DNA of 64,000 nucleotides from Escherichia coli (GTDB lineage Bacteria; Pseudomonadota; Gammaproteobacteria; Enterobacterales; Enterobacteriaceae): NCBI RefSeq assembly GCF_013315695.1, contig NZ_CP054353.1; one strand, 5' to 3'. Shown piece by piece: positions 58,248 to 64,000 of this stretch (position 1 is its first letter; each line of letters starts with the position of its first letter). The notes under the pieces were generated by a model. It saw only the letters and a program-made list of their open reading frames with translations, ran no database searches and was not told where the DNA came from. The position numbers and the translations under genes were made by a program.

Positions 58248-59192
58248 TTATGAAACCAGTCGACTGACATAAATCCACAAGGGAGCCGTGACGACAAAAC
58301 CCAGTACGCTCACAGCCAATGACGCTGTACCAGTGCGGGTGTAGACATTAAACCGACTGGCAATAATGATTCCGGAGAATGCCGGCGGTAATGCGCCTGC
58401 CAGTACCATCATCTGCAAATGTTCGCTGTTCAAATGACATGCCATACCCACGAGAAGCAGCGCCAGTGGCATCAGAATCAGCTTCAGGAAGGTGTTATAA
58501 GCAATTTCGGCACTGAACTCGAATTTATGTGCAGCCAGAGTCAACCCCGCAGCGAACACCGCTACCCCTGAGTTAGCCTTCGCAATCAGATTAAAGGTTG
58601 GGTCCCATGCTGCCGGAATTTTTACCCCAACCAACACCAGGATCGTTGCCAGAACAGGTGCCCATACTACTGGCTCCTTTGCCGCAGAAATTAATGCGCT
58701 CAGATTACTATTCTTCTTACCATCCGCTCCTGAGGAAGGATTCAGCAAATACAGACCAATAGGAATAGTAATTGCGTTAACAATAATAGAAATAATTGCT
58801 ACCACTAAACCTGTTGATACGGAATCACCATAAATAGGATCGAGAACTGCAAACCCCAGGAATCCGATGGTAGGTGAGCCTGCAATTAATGCACATACTG
58901 CTGCTTCTGCATGGGTACGTTTAAAAAATTTGTAGCAACCAAACCAGGAGAAAAAGAAACATCCGACAATAACCACAAGTGATACAAGGGTCAGGCGAGT
59001 GTCCGCAAAAATCATTTCCCTGTTTGCCCGGGTAATAGAAACAAATAGGGCCGCAGGAAGAGCGTAGTTTAATACCAGTTTATTAAATGCCCGGGCTTGA
59101 TCTTCTGAAAAAGTTTCTCGTCTGCCGCTAAAATAACCCAACAGCATGATTACGATAATAGGCAATAAATCGCCAATAAAAAATGTTAGCAT
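58248..59192 (-). CDS. yfdV: AEC-family transporter (putative oxalate/formate-related)
   Basis: 314-aa polytopic membrane ORF between oxc and yfdE. Confidence 0.9.
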
Positions 59193-59260
59193 AATAGTAT
59201 TTCCGATAAGGGTCCCCTCACCATCGATAATGAGTTGGCAAGAGGAGACGATGTCAGTAT

Positions 59261-60955
59261 TTAATTACCAGCGACTTGTTTTGGGTTAAGTTTGGTAATA
59301 TGGCCACTTTCAGTTCCTGCTGCAGGGTCGATGACCACATTAATAATGGTCGGTTTGCGCGACTGAATTCCGGTGGTTAAAGCATGACGAAGTTCATCTG
59401 TCGTGGTGACGTTATAGCCAACGCCACGAAACGCATCCATTAATTTGTCATACCTTGCATGGTGCAGCAGATCTGTTGGTGATGGTGCACCAGCGCCACT
59501 GAGATCAACACCGTCTCCTCTGTAGATGCCGCCATTATTAAAAATAACGATCGTCACCGGCAGGTTATATCGACAAATCGTTTCAATCTCCATCCCACTG
59601 AAACCAAAAGCACTATCACCTTCAATGGCGACAACCGGAGAACCAGAGGTCACGCTAGCACCGATGGCATAGCCCATACCGATGCCCATGACACCCCAGG
59701 TACCACAATCCAGACGGCGACGTGGTTTATACATATCAATAATATTTCGTGCATTATCCAGGGTATTTGCACCTTCATTAACTAAATAAATATCCTGGTT
59801 CTCGCGCAATACATCGCGCATAGCACTTAATGCATTAAAGTAATTTAATGGTTGAGTATCTGTACTTAATTTTTCATGCATTTTTTGTGCATTTTGCTGC
59901 TTGTGGATATTTAAAATATCGCGCCATACCAGTGGAGTCGTAAATGTGTTTTGTTTCAGTTCTGCCAGCATACCTTGCATACTGGATGCAATATCGCCAA
60001 CGACTGGCACAGCAATGGGGCGGTTGCTGTCAATTTCCTGCGGTTCAATATCCAGTTGAATAAACTGTGTATCTGCCGCCCATCCTTTTTTACCGTGTGC
60101 CAGTAACCAATTCAGTCGTGCGCCAACAAGCATGACAACGTCAGCATTTGCCAGGGCAAACGAACGCGCAGCTGCCGCAGAAAGTGGATGCGTATCTTCG
60201 AGGATCCCTTTCGCCATAGACATTGGCAGGAATGGAATCTGGGCACTTTCAATAAATTCACGAAGCTGTTCATCAGATTGTGAATACGCCGCGCCTTTGC
60301 CAAGGATAATTAATGGTCGTTCAGCTTTTGCTAAAAGCGAAATTGCGCTAGTGACTGACTTCGGGCATGGCAATAATGCTGGCGACGGATTTTCAACTTT
60401 AACAATCGTGGTTAACGCTTCGTCTTTTTCCATCGTCGCGGCCAGGACATTTGCTGGCAAATCAAGATAAACACCGCCAGGACGACCCGATACTGAGACC
60501 CGGATAGCACGTGCCAATGCAATGCCAAGATCCTGCGGCTGATTAACGCGAAATGCTGCTTTGGCATACGGTTTTGCCGCATTCATTTGGTCCAGCTCTT
60601 CATAATCACCTTGCTGTAGGTCGACGATCGCGCGGTCGCTGGAGCCGCTAATCATGATCATCGGAAAACCATTTACCGTTGCATTGGCCAATGCGGTCAA
60701 ACCGTTGAGGAATCCTGGCGCAGACACTGTCAGACAGATCCCTGGTTTTTGGGTAAGAAAACCGCTTGCTGCAGCGGCATAGCCTGCCGACTGCTCATGA
60801 CGAAAACCAATATAACGAATGCCTTCCGCCTGGGCATGGCGCGCCATATCCGTCACAGGAATACCTACAACACCATAAATAGTGTCAATATTATTCTGTT
60901 TTAATGCTTCAACGATGATATGCATACCATCTGTCATTTGAAGTTGATCTGACAT
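59261..60955 (-). CDS. oxc: oxalyl-CoA decarboxylase (ThDP-dependent)
   Basis: 564-aa ORF with ThDP-binding motif [11 protein letters not shown]...NNGG. Confidence 0.95.
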
Positions 60956-61008
60956 GATTAATAACCTCGAAATTTTTATAAATTGGGAGCCAGAAGCCCC
61001 CGTTAATA

Positions 61009-62259
61009 TCAGATGGCGTGGTTTTGCTTCATTGCAGCAATTTCATCGTCGCTATAACCCAGCTCCTGCAATACAGCAGCGGTATGTTCACCTAATAGCG
61101 GCGCAGCTTTAATATCCGGCGTAAAGGCAGAGAATTTCATTGGACAACCAACTGTCAGATATTTTCCACGCAACGGTTGTTCCACTTCGACAACACTGCC
61201 ACTTTGGCGCAAAGAGGGATCAAGTGAAATTTCTTTCATACTTAAAACCGGTGCACAAGGAATATCAAACTGAGTCAAATAGGCCACCGCTTCATGTTTA
61301 TCAATAGTGACAGTGTATTTTTCGATTTCAGCAAAAATATCGAAAATATGTGGCTGTCGGGCATGGGCTGTACTGTATGCCGGATCGGTAATCCATTCTG
61401 GTTTGCCGATGGCTTTACAGGTGTTTTCCCAGTTTTGCTCCTGAATAGTGAAATAAATATAGGCATTAGGATCGGTTTCCCAGCCTTTACATTTCAGGAT
61501 CCAGCCAGGCTGACCGCCACCACCCGCATTACCACCGCGGGGAACTGCATCACCAAATGTGCCATTCGGATACTGCGGGTATTCTTCCAGATAACCCAAT
61601 TTATCGAGACGCTGCTGGTCGCGTAATTTCACGCGGCAAAGGTTCAACACGGCATCCTGCATTGACATGGTGACTCGTTGCCCACGCCCCGTTTTTTCGC
61701 GATGCAGCAAAGCAGCAAGTAAACCGATCAGCAAATGCATTCCGGTGTTGCTGTCACCCAACGCTGCAGCGCTTACCAGCGGCGGGCCGTCCCAAAAACC
61801 CGTAGTGGATGCCGCGCCACCCGCTGCCTGAGCAACGTTTTCATAGGCTTTTACATTCACATAAGGCGAACACTCATCAAACCCTTTGATCGAACCAAAA
61901 ATCAGACGTGGATTGATTTCTTGAATATGCTCCCAGGTGAAGCCCATGTGATCAATGGCCCCTGGATGAAAGTTCTCGACTAAGATATCAGCTTCGCGGA
62001 TCAGCTTTTCCATTACCTCTTTGCCTTCCGCTGTTTTGGTATTTAATTCAATAGAACGTTTGTTACTGTTAAGCATGGTGAAGTAAAGCGCATCGATATC
62101 AGGAATATCTCGCAGCTGGTGACGCGTTACGTCACCAACGCCGGGACGTTCAATTTTAATGACGTCAGCGCCAAACCAGGCCAGCATCTGAGTACAAGAT
62201 GGGCCAGATTGCACACCGGTGAAATCGAGAACTTTAATTCCTTGAAGTGGAGTTGACAT
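61009..62259 (-). CDS. frc: formyl-CoA:oxalate CoA-transferase
   Basis: 416-aa family III CoA-transferase ORF starting [20 protein letters not shown]. Confidence 0.95.
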
Positions 62260-62510
62260 AGCAATACCTATTAGTTAATTAAATATGTGTTAATTTAGCG
62301 TTTATTTAAGGCATAACGCCCTCTATAAATAATCCGCAAAATATCGTCGTAGCTGCACTCGATATTTTTAAATTCCTGTATCAAGTACTGGAAATCATTT
62401 CATCGCCACTTCCAATTCCTTTCTGCATGGTAAGTAGTGAGGACGAAAAGAAGAATATGATAAATATTGGTTCGCGGTAATCAGAGAGAGCCGCGACATT
62501 TGTGATGTTA

Positions 62511-62528
62511 TTCTTACAACTGTAAGAA
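62511..62528. promoter_or_regulatory. EvgA box upstream of frc
   Basis: Perfect 18-bp inverted repeat TTCTTACA-AC-TGTAAGAA, about 250 bp upstream of frc ATG. Confidence 0.7.
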
Positions 62529-62770
62529 GCGCCAGTGATTTACAAGTAAGGGTATGATTACGCTTTTAAAGCGTACCATAAAACATAACATAATAAATGA
62601 TTTGTGATAACACGGGATTATTGCGGTTTACTTTGAGGAAGATAAAATTCGAGTTTATAGAACCGCGAGCGCCAAATAATTTTATGGCCACAACCTGTCG
62701 TATTGTGGCCATAAAAAATTGTCGGCTGGAGGGAGTAAAATCCTTTACCTCAATATATTGCCTGTCAGCT

Positions 62771-63394
62771 TTAGTTCACAAACAGTGCTTCGCTATCGAC
62801 GATGATTCCATCTTCCGCACCTTTAAGCGCCAGGTTTGCCTCGTAGTATTGCTTTTTATCAAGCAGTTTCTGCGCATCAGCAAGTGCATTACGAGTCTGT
62901 TTAAGCGGCATCAGATATTGGTTTTCCATTACACCAACACCGGCCAGGCGAAGCTCTTCCATTGCGCCCTTTTTATCCCCTTTCGCCATTTTTTCGTTGG
63001 CAATTTTTATCGCGGCTTCTTTTTCGGGTGTCGCTACATAACTCTCAGAAATTCCGACAGATGCATTAATGACAATATATTGGTCATCATTGACATTGGT
63101 CTTTTTACCTGGCTTTGCGAACTTTGCCCATTCGGTACTGTCATCTGACAACAAAGCGGAAGCTTCATTGGTCAGTTCTTTTGCCTTTTCCGGATCGCCA
63201 TGAAACAGAGCCAGGCGCGCTACCTGCACGTCACGCATCGCATATAAACCTTGTTCAGAGATACGCTCTGCTGCTGCCGTTTGCTGAACTTGCTGAGTTT
63301 GCTGTTGTGCCGCTACCGGTGCATTATCAGCAGCCCATACAGTTGAAGATGCCAGAACTGCTGTGACCATCGTAGCCATAATTAAACGTTTCAT
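62771..63394 (-). CDS. yfdX: periplasmic protein YfdX (EvgA-induced)
   Basis: 207-aa ORF with signal peptide and Q-rich stretch; EvgA-box-like repeats upstream. Confidence 0.9.
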   Translation of the reverse strand: MKRLIMATMVTAVLASSTVWAADNAPVAAQQQTQQVQQTAAAERISEQGLYAMRDVQVARLALFHGDPEKAKELTNEASALLSDDSTEWAKFAKPGKKTNVNDDQYIVINASVGISESYVATPEKEAAIKIANEKMAKGDKKGAMEELRLAGVGVMENQYLMPLKQTRNALADAQKLLDKKQYYEANLALKGAEDGIIVDSEALFVN

Positions 63395-63491
63395 ACTTAC
63401 CTCATTCTTTAACAGTTTTAGAAAACGCCGCCATCATATTGGGTGAGCATGAAATGAGAAATCAGAGAGCAACGGACATTTTGAAAGGGTT

Positions 63492-63547
63492 ATCTTACAA
63501 CTGTAGTTATTATCGCAAAGCGGCATTTAGTCTTACAGTTGTAGGAA
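63492..63547. promoter_or_regulatory. two EvgA-box-like inverted repeats upstream of yfdX
   Basis: ATCTTACA-AC-TGTAGTTA (63492..63509) and GTCTTACA-GT-TGTAGGAA (63530..63547), about 100 to 150 bp upstream of the yfdX start. Confidence 0.6.
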
Positions 63548-63689
63548 TATGCTTCCTGTCACAGAGAACTATTCTTATATACCAAAAAGAGATGTCATTT
63601 ATTATATCGATGTAAATACTGATTAATTATATGTAAATACAGCAATAACGTCGTAGGTTTTCAGTGAACCATTTTCAGGATAACTTTCT

Positions 63690-63965
63690 ATGAAAGTAAA
63701 CTTAATGCTTTTTAGCTTATTTTTATTGGTCTCTATTATGGCATGCAATGTTTTTGCATTTTCTATTTCTGGTGGTGGTAGTGAGGCGAGCTATAAAGAG
63801 ACAGAAAAAACGTCAATGATGACGACAACTCATTCTACAAAATTTCAGCCATCACAGGCGATTTTGTTAAAAATGAGAGAAGATGCGCCACCATTAAACC
63901 TCACAGATGAAATTCCGCCCCCTTTTCCGACAAAGGCGAATTATCTTATCCATCCTGTGCGATAG
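63690..63965 (+). CDS. ypdI: small lipoprotein YpdI
   Basis: 91-aa ORF with signal peptide ending in lipobox-like MAC. Confidence 0.8.
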   Translation: MKVNLMLFSLFLLVSIMACNVFAFSISGGGSEASYKETEKTSMMTTTHSTKFQPSQAILLKMREDAPPLNLTDEIPPPFPTKANYLIHPVR

Positions 63966-64000
63966 CGTCTGTCACATGGCAGGTGAACAATCATGCCTGA

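Noticed and set aside
62597..63148. 183-aa plus-strand ORF
   Set aside because: Overlaps yfdX on the opposite strand and starts in the AT-rich frc-yfdX intergenic region; the yfdX frame has a signal peptide and matches the known gene.

Overview
This window is a stretch of an Escherichia coli chromosome running hisP-hisM-hisQ-hisJ-argT-ubiX-purF-cvpA-dedD-folC-accD-dedA-truA-usg-pdxB-flk-yfcJ-fabB-mnmC-yfcL-epmC-yfcA-mepA-aroC-prmB-smrB, then the yfcOPQRSUV chaperone-usher operon, sixA-fadJ-fadI-yfcZ-fadL-yfdF-mlaA-yfdC-argW(tRNA)-dsdCXA-emrYK-evgAS-yfdE-yfdV-oxc-frc-yfdX-ypdI. Gene identities come from reading the supplied ORF translations against remembered E. coli K-12 proteins and gene order; no database search was run. 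Almost everything is core housekeeping DNA, with three departures from the K-12 order as I remember it. (1) A two-gene cassette at 25531..27532, between smrB and yfcO, encodes an ABC-type ATPase (Walker A/B, signature and H-loop motifs visible) overlapping an HNH-motif nuclease. This is the best candidate for an accessory system; it looks like a Septu (PtuA/PtuB)-type anti-phage module, but that family call is inference. (2) A complete 768-bp IS1 with a perfect 9-bp target-site duplication interrupts yfdF. (3) The tRNA-Arg gene argW is followed directly by dsdC, so the prophage that sits at argW in K-12 (CPS-53) is absent. The fimbrial usher, split in K-12 (yfcT/yfcU), is a single intact 885-codon ORF here. 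Regulatory sites recognisable by consensus include a PurR box, FadR boxes, a palindrome upstream of fabB, EvgA boxes, REP/BIME elements and several hairpin terminators. The ORF track labels GTG/TTG starts as M, so several starts were re-placed at internal codons. At one spot (near 33960) my hand-derived positions were 2 bp off the ORF track, so coordinates of non-CDS features may be off by a few bp.
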